Positions 39,041 through 46,943 of a stretch of DNA of 64,000 bases are shown here, in pieces (positions within the stretch are counted from its first letter, which is position 1; every line of letters starts with the position of its first letter). A model generated the notes under the pieces. That model did not search any database and had not been told where the DNA came from. It was given only the letters and a program-made list of their open reading frames with translations. Source of the stretch: a virus (Duplodnaviria > Caudoviricetes); the IMG/VR virus record IMGVR_UViG_3300035182_001315; one strand, 5' to 3'. The position numbers and the translations under genes were made by a program.

Positions 39041-40450
39041 ATGGTAATTAGGACCTTTTTCGATAAAAACAATACTCTTGTAGCAAATGACTATGTGAAC
39101 ACAGCGAGAAATCCCGTTGCGGAACTCTTCTATGGCGGTGCCGTAGGTGAGAACAGATTTACCCGTTTCATCTTCCATTTTGACGAATCAAGACTCCGTT
39201 CAATGTACACTGGCGGAACCTTCACAGACCTTACCAAACTGAAACATACTCTTAAATTAACAAATACCGCTATCTTTGACGAAGAACTTCTTAACAAGGA
39301 TTTCGGCGGAAAGGACAGAAGCTCATCTTTCGACCTTATCGTTTTCAAGGTTAACCAATCTTGGGACGAAGGGGTAGGCTATGACTTCTCTGATTGTCAG
39401 GCATTCTTCGGAAACTGCTCAATCTCTTTCACACCTTCAAGCTGGTATTACCCAACAACTGGTATCTACTGGAGCGGCGGTTCTGGCGTATACTCAGGTT
39501 CACCATCTGGCATCACTGTTGCTACTCAACACTTTGACCTTGGTAATGAAAATATGGAAGTAGATATTACAAGCTACGTTAACGGCCTATTGACAGGCGG
39601 AACAAACTATGGCTTGGGTATAGCATACTCACCAGCTTTCGAGGCGATGTCTACCCGCCAGCTTCAATATGTAGGATTCTTTACACGTCACACACAGACC
39701 TTCTATGAACCGTACATTGAAACAAGCTACAGCAACAATATCACAGATGACAGAAACAACTTTTACTTGGATAAGCCAAACAAGCTTTACCTGTACGTAA
39801 ATGCTGCCGGTAACCCAACCAATTTGGATTCACTTCCGGGAGTTGTTGTATATGATAATGAAGACAACGTATTCTCAGCTTATACTTCATCAGCGGTAAC
39901 CCACGTCACCAAGGGTGTTTATTCAATCGATATCTTGGTTCCAACCGTGGATGGCCTGACTGACAAATACCTTTACTCAGATGTATGGACCGGCATTACC
40001 ATCAACGGTATCAGCAGACCTAATATCAGCCTTACCTTTGAGCTTAGAGATAGCTTGGAGTATTACGGCATTGGTGACGAGGATGCCCTTCCTAAGCCAC
40101 TGGCTGTATCTGTAGCAGGACTTAATAGCAATGAGAAAATCAAGCGTGGCGATATCCGTAAGGTTATTGTTTCAGCAAGAATTCCATATACCGTAGAACA
40201 GTCTCAGACCGTTATCGGCATCAAATATCGTTTGTATGTAACTGAAGGAAAGAATGAGGTTACTGTTATCGACTTCACGCCGGTACAGATTGCTTCAAAC
40301 TATAACTACTTTTTGCTGGATACGCTTAGCCTTATTCCGGGAACATATTATTTGGATGTATTAGTTGAATCAAACCAAGAAGTGACAACGCTTAGAAACG
40401 TTATCAATTTCCAAATCATCAGTGAATCTAACCTTAGAATCAGCCAATAA
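39041..40450 (+). CDS. Virion structural protein (beta-rich)
   Basis: Late motif upstream; S/TGxT-rich like the tail proteins. Confidence 0.55.
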   Translation: MVIRTFFDKNNTLVANDYVNTARNPVAELFYGGAVGENRFTRFIFHFDESRLRSMYTGGTFTDLTKLKHTLKLTNTAIFDEELLNKDFGGKDRSSSFDLIVFKVNQSWDEGVGYDFSDCQAFFGNCSISFTPSSWYYPTTGIYWSGGSGVYSGSPSGITVATQHFDLGNENMEVDITSYVNGLLTGGTNYGLGIAYSPAFEAMSTRQLQYVGFFTRHTQTFYEPYIETSYSNNITDDRNNFYLDKPNKLYLYVNAAGNPTNLDSLPGVVVYDNEDNVFSAYTSSAVTHVTKGVYSIDILVPTVDGLTDKYLYSDVWTGITINGISRPNISLTFELRDSLEYYGIGDEDALPKPLAVSVAGLNSNEKIKRGDIRKVIVSARIPYTVEQSQTVIGIKYRLYVTEGKNEVTVIDFTPVQIASNYNYFLLDTLSLIPGTYYLDVLVESNQEVTTLRNVINFQIISESNLRISQ

Positions 40451-40827
40451 TGAAAGACCTTATCAGACATAGAGTACGCAACTTTATCATGGAGAATACC
40501 ATGATTGATGACCAGAGCATGAATCCCGGCACACAATCTCTGTGCAATACCATGAGCGTAAAAACCTATGATGAAGTTATTGGTCGTGTTACAGCAGCGA
40601 TAGGTACCCAGCAAGAAAATCCACAGATGTGGGCGAAGATTCAAAAGCCTCTTTCAATGCTTCAGCAATCCAACAATCAAATTGGTCAGGAAAGAGATAC
40701 AACCATGGATGGCCAGCCAACAAACAATGGCGCAGGCATCACAGGTGACTCAATGGTGGATGAAGCCAACACTTGGTGGGCTGCAATACAATCAATAATC
40801 TGCGAACAAGGTCCAGAATTTCAATAA
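40450..40827 (+). CDS. Hypothetical protein, putative internal head protein
   Basis: N-terminus MKDLIRHRVRNFIME resembles that of the 44590 gene. Confidence 0.6.
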   Translation: MKDLIRHRVRNFIMENTMIDDQSMNPGTQSLCNTMSVKTYDEVIGRVTAAIGTQQENPQMWAKIQKPLSMLQQSNNQIGQERDTTMDGQPTNNGAGITGDSMVDEANTWWAAIQSIICEQGPEFQ

Positions 40828-40828
40828 C

Positions 40829-40859
40829 AAAAAACCCACATTTCTGTGGGTTTCTTTTT
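40829..40859. terminator. Bidirectional terminator between convergent genes
   Basis: AAAAAACCCACA-TTTC-TGTGGGTTT with A/T tracts on both sides. Confidence 0.85.
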
Positions 40860-41703
40860 AACAATCTTTTCTACAACCTTCATTTATCAGATGTCTCATA
40901 TCAGATGGACGACCTGTAGCTCTGTTGTATTTGTTGGCCAACTGTGTATTGCCACCGGCAACCTCTTGCTTAGCCCAAGTTCTTGTTTTATAATTTGCCC
41001 CATAGAATGGATGCCATATGTGTAGTATAGAATTCTTTGTTGTTTTGTGCTTTGCGTAAAGTGTATCCAAAGCTCTCAATAAAGCGATGTCTTCACCACC
41101 CCAACCCTTATCAAATCTCTCATCGAAACAACCCAATATTTCAATAGCTTCTCTGGGCATCACGGTACACATTGCACCATAGCGATGACCATACTTGCTT
41201 ACATCACCAGCATTTTCAATAAAACAATCAGCCGGATGTTCTGGGAATCTGTAAGGATGCTTAGGGTCTGATTCAAGGATACGTTCGGATGCTTCTTTTG
41301 TTAAACGATAAAGATGACGGTAAGGTACATACCACAAGCGGTGGCCACGGTCAATCTCTTCAAGGATTCTATCAGCACAATGCTCGATAACCTTTCCAGA
41401 AATGTATGCATCAGAATCCATAACCACGATAACCTTTCCTGTTGATTCCTTGAAGGCATTGTTAAGTGCTTCGGATTTGCAGAAAATTTCGCTATTGGAT
41501 TTTCCAATTATAATTTCTGCATCAGGTAGTTCGTGTTTCCAATACTTCAATAACCATTTGAACGACCTTTTTCTTATTTTGTCCTCGGATGAAAATGGTA
41601 TCAGAATACTTATCTTAGGTTGTTCATTTTCGCATGGAGCCTTAAAAAAAAGATTGTAAATTAGCTTGCCTATTAACCTTGAAATTCTTCTGAAAATGTT
41701 CAT
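40858..41703 (-). CDS. Glycosyltransferase GT-A (GT2/GT7-like)
   Basis: KSEALNNA...VVMDSDA...FDERFDKGWGGED...HIWHP. Confidence 0.85.
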   Translation of the reverse strand: MNIFRRISRLIGKLIYNLFFKAPCENEQPKISILIPFSSEDKIRKRSFKWLLKYWKHELPDAEIIIGKSNSEIFCKSEALNNAFKESTGKVIVVMDSDAYISGKVIEHCADRILEEIDRGHRLWYVPYRHLYRLTKEASERILESDPKHPYRFPEHPADCFIENAGDVSKYGHRYGAMCTVMPREAIEILGCFDERFDKGWGGEDIALLRALDTLYAKHKTTKNSILHIWHPFYGANYKTRTWAKQEVAGGNTQLANKYNRATGRPSDMRHLINEGCRKDC

Positions 41704-42419
41704 GAAAATAATCTTTTTATTTCTTCGAAAACATCGAACAATTCGTGTTGTCGTTCTGTTATTATGTGTCTGTTTGCTTGTTGTGTTACACCTATCTCCA
41801 GCTCCATTCCGATGCTCTGACTGTAGTCATGCCATTTGAATAGTCCACCTTCTTGGTGCGGATGACTCAAGACCCTTTCTGAGATTTCAATTCTTCTTGG
41901 TATACCAAATGCATCTGCAATTATAATACCATGTAACGAAGAACTAACAATCTTTTTACACTGACCTATCTCAGCAATTACCTTTAGTGGGTCATCACTC
42001 ACATCGATAATCTTAGGGTTGTACTTTAAAAATCTTGGGTCTTTGGTTAATGCCTTATCAGTCCAATGTGCAACAATTCCTAAGTCATATTTCTTGTCTT
42101 CAAGCGGTACCAATTCATCAGCCAATAATCCGAAATCTCCAAATGGAATGCCGGTTAAATGTGGCGCTGTAAGTGGCCCTCTCAGAGCTAAAATAGTAGC
42201 GTTAGGGAAATCTACTACCGTCTTTTCATGTAATTTTCCTGTACCTGCAATCACCCCGCTGAAGTCCTTTGGAAGATGCTCAAGTATAGAGCCCACCATA
42301 ACCAATTCAGCCTTGTCTGGTGTGACAAGGGTCGTTGATAATCCAGTAAATCTTTTGATTAGTAAGTCGGTTAGTAAATCACCGAAATTTTTCTTTCCTG
42401 TCCAGTAATATACATTCAT
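41700..42419 (-). CDS. Polysaccharide pyruvyltransferase (ExoV-like)
   Basis: NFGDLL, VGSIL, GTG, LRGPLT, GDFGLL, SSSLHGIIIADAFGIP. Confidence 0.85.
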   Translation of the reverse strand: MNVYYWTGKKNFGDLLTDLLIKRFTGLSTTLVTPDKAELVMVGSILEHLPKDFSGVIAGTGKLHEKTVVDFPNATILALRGPLTAPHLTGIPFGDFGLLADELVPLEDKKYDLGIVAHWTDKALTKDPRFLKYNPKIIDVSDDPLKVIAEIGQCKKIVSSSLHGIIIADAFGIPRRIEISERVLSHPHQEGGLFKWHDYSQSIGMELEIGVTQQANRHIITERQHELFDVFEEIKRLFS

Positions 42420-42422
42420 AAC

Positions 42423-42432
42423 TATAAATATG
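42423..42432 (-). promoter_or_regulatory. Putative late promoter CATATTTATA
   Basis: TATTTAT ends 4 nt before ATG 42419. Confidence 0.65.
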
Positions 42433-42484
42433 GGAGGTTCCAGAGAAATTTCTAATACAAAATTAATTATTTGTTGTTAGCCTC

Positions 42485-42516
42485 TTGACTTATCAACATG
42501 TTGTATTATATTTATA
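42485..42516 (+). promoter_or_regulatory. Overlapping TTGACT-N16-TATATT and TATTTATA promoter-like elements
   Basis: About 100 nt upstream of ATG 42618. Confidence 0.45.
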
Positions 42517-42617
42517 ATTAACGTTAACTCACGAATTGGTATCGACCCCTCAGAAGGTTTTGAGTTGTCAAAAGGCAACAAAGATATTGGTTCATAATAA
42601 AAAAATTAAAAGTTAAA

Positions 42618-43511
42618 ATGAAACAATTTACCACAGGACCAAGAGTCCCAGAGGCCCACATTTGTATTAACAAATCCAAGCTAAAAATCTACAACAAAGA
42701 AACAGACCCTACCTTCTATTTAGAGGACGGGCAAGAGTTCCAAATCGAACTTTACAATCCAACTGAGGACACTATTCTCGCAAAGATTCACCTTAATGAC
42801 AAGCCTATCTCACAGGGCGGACTTGTGCTTAAGCCGGGGCAAAGAGTTTTCTTAGAACGTTACCTTGACGTTGCAAGAAAGTTCCTGTTCGAAACTTACG
42901 AAGTATCCAACTCAACGGAAGTAAAAGAAGCCATCAAAAAGAATGGTGATTTCAAGGTTCAATTCTTCAGAGAATCAAGACCCTTTTACAATCTGCCAAT
43001 CGTCATAACAACGTATACGAACCATTACCCATGGAATCAGCCACACGTTTATCGTATGAGTGACCAGAACCAATACAACGGTCTTCAGGGACTAAGTGGA
43101 AACATTAAGTCAGCCAACGCTTTCTTTAGTTCAACCAATATGGATGTCAACGGACTGGTTGGTTCAACAACGACATACAACAGTAACGCAAACTTTTCAT
43201 CAAGCGTTACATTGGATGGTATGGGAATGAATGATGCGAAAGCCGAACCATTAAAGAAGTCTATCTTGAGAAGTGCAAAGAAGATTGAAACAGGCCGTGT
43301 TGAACAGGGTAGTTCTTCTGACCAAGAATTGACCTACGTAAACAAGTCATTTGATTTGTATGCATTCTGTACTGTTGAATATAAGATGCTTCCAGTATCA
43401 CAGAAGATTAATACCGTGGATGATGTTAACGTTGCTCGCTATTGCGGCAACTGCGGAACAAAGCAAAAAGCTGAACATAACTTCTGCCCAACATGCGGCC
43501 AGAAGAAATAA
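42618..43511 (+). CDS. Hypothetical protein with C-terminal double-CxxC zinc ribbon
   Basis: CGNCG...CPTCG. Confidence 0.7.
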   Translation: MKQFTTGPRVPEAHICINKSKLKIYNKETDPTFYLEDGQEFQIELYNPTEDTILAKIHLNDKPISQGGLVLKPGQRVFLERYLDVARKFLFETYEVSNSTEVKEAIKKNGDFKVQFFRESRPFYNLPIVITTYTNHYPWNQPHVYRMSDQNQYNGLQGLSGNIKSANAFFSSTNMDVNGLVGSTTTYNSNANFSSSVTLDGMGMNDAKAEPLKKSILRSAKKIETGRVEQGSSSDQELTYVNKSFDLYAFCTVEYKMLPVSQKINTVDDVNVARYCGNCGTKQKAEHNFCPTCGQKK

Positions 43512-43537
43512 AAAATAAGGGTTAACGTATAAAAATC

Positions 43538-43567
43538 GGGTAGAATTTGTATTCTACCCTTTTTTTA
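43538..43567 (+). terminator. Rho-independent terminator
   Basis: GGGTAGAAT-TTGT-ATTCTACCC + T7. Confidence 0.85.
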
Positions 43568-43582
43568 TGTATATTTATTTAT

Positions 43583-43681
43583 ATGGAAAATAACTATGCT
43601 AAAATGAGAGGTGGTTGTTATTTGTTGACCATCTTATTCTTGGGTCTGGTAATCTCACCGCCATGGGGATTTGCTGGCTAA
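43583..43681 (+). CDS. 32-aa small membrane protein (not in the ORF track)
   Basis: MENNYAKMRGGCYLLTILFLGLVISPPWGFAG; TATTTAT 4 nt upstream. Confidence 0.45.
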   Translation: MENNYAKMRGGCYLLTILFLGLVISPPWGFAG

Positions 43682-43685
43682 TCTT

Positions 43686-44108
43686 CTAAATCTCCATATA
43701 CGGATAAAGATGGTTCAGAATCTCCTGAGCCGTTGTACGCCATGAAACCAAGATATCAGCAGTAATTAACTTGCTCTTGATGGGTTTCGGATGGTCAGAG
43801 AACCTTACACAATATTGCGGATTGTTTTTCCTGTCATAGATATAAACTGATTCAGTTGATTTGGACCATTTCACCAGACAACCCTTCTTTTCAATCCACA
43901 GGCCAATTCTTTTCAACTTTATACAACATAACATGTGTTCAAACGTTTCAAGGCTGAAGGAATCCTTGCTTTCAGGATGATTGAGGAACACACGCATGCT
44001 TATATCCGCAGAGCCATTGACCCTTGCGTTGAATATCTTGATGTTCGGGAAGAACCTCTTACCCTCAAGATATAGCTCACGAATTTGTGTTTGATTCAAT
44101 TCAGCCAT
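43686..44108 (-). CDS. Hypothetical protein, paralog of the 44147..44590 gene
   Basis: EGKRFFP...SKSTESVY...VRFSDH...DILVSW. Confidence 0.7.
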   Translation of the reverse strand: MAELNQTQIRELYLEGKRFFPNIKIFNARVNGSADISMRVFLNHPESKDSFSLETFEHMLCCIKLKRIGLWIEKKGCLVKWSKSTESVYIYDRKNNPQYCVRFSDHPKPIKSKLITADILVSWRTTAQEILNHLYPYMEI

Positions 44109-44146
44109 TATACAAAATAAATGAAAATTCTGGAGATATCCAAAAA

Positions 44147-44590
44147 TTAATGAACCTTAACAAGGTCATAAATGGCATTGAGGATTTCAAGGAGAGATGT
44201 ACTCCAGCGTACAAGGAAATCTGGACCGTCATGTGAACCCTTTCTGTGATTAGAAATTCTTATGATTTCCTTGAGCCCACGAACATAAATTGAAGAAGTT
44301 GTCTTCGATTTCTTATATGGAATGTTCTTCTGATTCAGCCAATCCTCAATCTTTACAACCTTAGCGGCAGCAATCTCTTGTTCAAACCCACCCAAGGACA
44401 CTGTACGGTCCTGTTCAGGAATCTCAACGGCCACCTGTGTCTTCTGAGGCTGGTCTGCATTAGCCGGTACAAGTCTCATTTGTGGGAAAAACTTCTTTCC
44501 TTCCTTCTCCAAAGCGGCCAAGGATGCAGGGTCAGACTTGGAATTCTCATCCAATGATTCACGTACTAATTGTTTGATTAAGTCCTTCAT
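44147..44590 (-). CDS. Hypothetical protein (start moved to MKDLIKQLVRE)
   Basis: GATATTTAT 4 nt upstream; EGKKFFP...SKTTSSIY...IRISNH...DFLVRW. Confidence 0.7.
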   Translation of the reverse strand: MKDLIKQLVRESLDENSKSDPASLAALEKEGKKFFPQMRLVPANADQPQKTQVAVEIPEQDRTVSLGGFEQEIAAAKVVKIEDWLNQKNIPYKKSKTTSSIYVRGLKEIIRISNHRKGSHDGPDFLVRWSTSLLEILNAIYDLVKVH

Positions 44591-44594
44591 AACC

Positions 44595-44603
44595 ATAAAT
44601 ATC
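44595..44603 (-). promoter_or_regulatory. Putative late promoter GATATTTAT
   Basis: Motif and spacing as at other late genes. Confidence 0.6.
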
Positions 44604-44631
44604 CAGTTAAAAAATAAAGTTGGGTTTAAAC

Positions 44632-44663
44632 TTGGCGCTATCCAGCTTTTTTTGGTACCTTTG
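44632..44663 (+). promoter_or_regulatory. Bacteroidota-type promoter TTGGCG-N18-TACCTTTG
   Basis: TAnnTTTG at 44656-44663. Confidence 0.65.
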
Positions 44664-44681
44664 CGCCAAATTGTAAGAGTT

Positions 44682-44945
44682 ATGATTAACCCATTTATAA
44701 AACGTTTGAGAGAAGAAGATATTGTTTTGGTAATCGATACCAAATATAACTTCGACCTCATTACCGCCCACCTTACCAATCATCGTGTTACAGTTGATAT
44801 TGATTGGGCAGACGCATGCTATAATGAGAATGATAACTTTGCCGTTATCGATAACAGCTTCTCATTGGTTGATGATTCATTCGAGCCATCACAGACCGTT
44901 GAAGCCGAAGAGTTCTTTACCCTTTTAAATGCAAGTTATGCCTGA
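44682..44945 (+). CDS. Small acidic hypothetical protein (MINPFIKR...)
   Basis: ATG downstream of the promoter. Confidence 0.6.
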   Translation: MINPFIKRLREEDIVLVIDTKYNFDLITAHLTNHRVTVDIDWADACYNENDNFAVIDNSFSLVDDSFEPSQTVEAEEFFTLLNASYA

Positions 44946-45167
44946 GATAATCAAACTGGGAGTTCTCCTACAAAACAGGAAGATTAAATTAAGATGCGGT
45001 GAATATGTACCATATTCACCGCAGAAATTTGGGAATTCAGACCCAATCCACAACCTGAAGAGTCATCAGAATACGTTATCTGTCCATTGCCGGAATGTGG
45101 AAATCAATGCTGGGATTACGAAGGCGATGATGTGCCGGTAAACGAAGATAAAGACGAAGACGAATAA
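44938..45167 (+). pseudogene. Possible frameshifted zinc-ribbon gene
   Basis: Frame 0 ...LRCGEY; frame -1 from 45006 CTIFTAE...ICPLPEC...EDKDEDE stop. Confidence 0.3.
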
Positions 45168-45200
45168 ACGATTTAAAACTTGCCTTCATGAAGAAATCTT

Positions 45201-45404
45201 ATGAAGACAATCCTAACCACCATTATCCTATTGCTGATTCTCTATGTAAGTACCAGCTGTAGCCCTAACCTGTTGAAGTATGGCCATGAACATCACGAGA
45301 TGGAATTGGTTCAAGAGACGGACAGCATCGCCGTCTTCAGATGTATCAGGAATTGCCCATTTACCCACACGTATTACTTCAAGGGATGGAAGAAAAATCA
45401 ATAA
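45201..45404 (+). CDS. Putative small lipoprotein
   Basis: Hydrophobic signal ending in STSC (lipobox-like). Confidence 0.5.
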   Translation: MKTILTTIILLLILYVSTSCSPNLLKYGHEHHEMELVQETDSIAVFRCIRNCPFTHTYYFKGWKKNQ

Positions 45405-45406
45405 AC

Positions 45407-45616
45407 ATGGAAATCAAAGAAGCACAACGTGCCCTGTATGACAGCATCAAAGAACATGATGATGTTACCGGCGCATCATCCAATGATGTTGAAATTAAAA
45501 TCATGCTCATTAAGAAATCTAAGAGTGTAATGAAAATTATTCCTAAGACCTACGAAGGATTCAAGGTAATCGTTGATGTTACCGGCGTAATCCGTCCATT
45601 AAGAGCAACCTTATGA
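45407..45616 (+). CDS. Small hypothetical protein
   Basis: ATG 45407 (MEIKEAQ...). Confidence 0.55.
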   Translation: MEIKEAQRALYDSIKEHDDVTGASSNDVEIKIMLIKKSKSVMKIIPKTYEGFKVIVDVTGVIRPLRATL

Positions 45617-45786
45617 CAAAAGACTGGATAAAATGCAGCAACCAACTCCCACAAACCGAGGGGTATTATAGGGTTCGCTATGATGACGGAACAGAGGACC
45701 AAAAACCCTTTCGCATCCGCCCATCGAAGGGCATTAACGGTTTCATGACTGAAAAAAATGTCGTAGCATGGAAAGAAAATAATTAA
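45613..45786 (+). CDS. 57-aa DUF551-like protein (not in the ORF track)
   Basis: MTKDWIKCSNQLPQTEGYY...VVAWKE; ATGA overlap with the upstream stop. Confidence 0.6.
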   Translation: MTKDWIKCSNQLPQTEGYYRVRYDDGTEDQKPFRIRPSKGINGFMTEKNVVAWKENN

Positions 45787-45793
45787 TATTTGG

Positions 45794-45824
45794 TTGCAAA
45801 AGGATAAATATAGTAGTATCTTTG
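45794..45824 (+). promoter_or_regulatory. Bacteroidota-type promoter TTGCAA-N17-TATCTTTG
   Basis: TAnnTTTG at 45817-45824. Confidence 0.7.
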
Positions 45825-45838
45825 CAAAAATTTATACC

Positions 45839-46147
45839 ATGAGACGACCAATCGTAACCCAATGTGTTTCCGCAATCTTGAGAGATATTTTACGTGAACG
45901 TAAATCTAAAGAATTAACTCTTCTTATCGATAAAGAACAATACTATTTTTTGTATGACGAATCAATTGAATTTCTTAAGAAACCAAAAAAAGAGTTTAAT
46001 TACCATACACAAACACATGAAGAAATTGTTCGTGAATTATTAAATGCAGATGTAATAGCTGATTTCGAATTGAATGAAGAATTCAATGATGATAGTCAGG
46101 AATATAACTTAAGGATAAGTGATATTACTATTACTTCGAACCCTTAA
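45839..46147 (+). CDS. Hypothetical protein (start MRRPIV...)
   Basis: ATG downstream of the promoter. Confidence 0.55.
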   Translation: MRRPIVTQCVSAILRDILRERKSKELTLLIDKEQYYFLYDESIEFLKKPKKEFNYHTQTHEEIVRELLNADVIADFELNEEFNDDSQEYNLRISDITITSNP

Positions 46148-46805
46148 CATAGTTCTCCATGGCCCACATCGGCTGGAGATTATCCAAACACCAACATAAC
46201 TTAAACTCATGGTCATCAGTAGACGTAAAGTTGAACTTGGCCATGGGTATTTTATGGTCAACATGCCATAACCCATAGTTCTCCCAATTCATTCCCTCAG
46301 TGAATAAAGCCTCAAGGTGAGATATCAATTCGTCAAGGGTATATCCCAGCGTTTCAAACGTTGAGCGATATTTGGCCACGTCAGCCTCTTTAAGACAAGT
46401 CCAAACCGCAGTGCGAGTTCTCGCCGCCAGCCGGTACTTGGGGTCAGTTGCCCTTCTTGTTCTTTCATAATCCCTTTGCCTTGCAGCATTCTCAGGATTA
46501 TCCTTGCGCCATTCAGCATGATACTCACGTAATTCTTCACGATTATTTTCAGACCATTCTTTATGATATTTTTGTAATTCTGGTTTTCTCTTTTTATAAT
46601 ATCGCTTGGCAGCGGCAGGCTTCCCTCCAATGTTTCTCCGCCCCGGCTGGTCCAATACAACCCCATTCTCTTTCAGCGTTCGATTGATAACAACCTTATG
46701 CGCACCAATGGCTTTACCTATAGCCGGTGTGCCCATCTTCTCTTCAGTATATAACCTAATTATTTCTTTAACCTGTTCCTTTGTAAATTCTACCTTTTTT
46801 CCCAT
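46131..46805 (-). mobile_element. Free-standing HNH homing endonuclease with N-terminal HTH-like segment
   Basis: WHVDHKIP...CWCLDNLQPMWAMENYVKG; own promoter 3 nt upstream of the ATG. Confidence 0.8.
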
Positions 46806-46808
46806 ATG

Positions 46809-46839
46809 CAAAGATACGATTATTTTCTGATAAAGTAAA
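46809..46839 (-). promoter_or_regulatory. Bacteroidota-type promoter TTTACT-N17-TATCTTTG
   Basis: Reverse complement of 46809-46839. Confidence 0.7.
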
Positions 46840-46891
46840 GAATTTCATACAACCATAGAATCTGTTATTAATGGGTGGCGTTTATACAAAC

Positions 46892-46918
46892 AAAAAACCC
46901 CTGAATAAAATTCAGGGG
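46892..46918 (-). terminator. Terminator after the major capsid gene
   Basis: CCCCTGAA-TAAAA-TTCAGGGG hairpin, T6 on the - strand. Confidence 0.85.
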
Positions 46919-46943
46919 CTTTAAGTTATTGATTTAGAAGAGA

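Noticed and set aside
44591-44779. N-terminal 63 aa of track ORF 44147..44779 and the overlapping start of 44538..44945
   Set aside because: The region holds divergent promoters (44595, 44656); true starts are 44590 (-) and 44682 (+).
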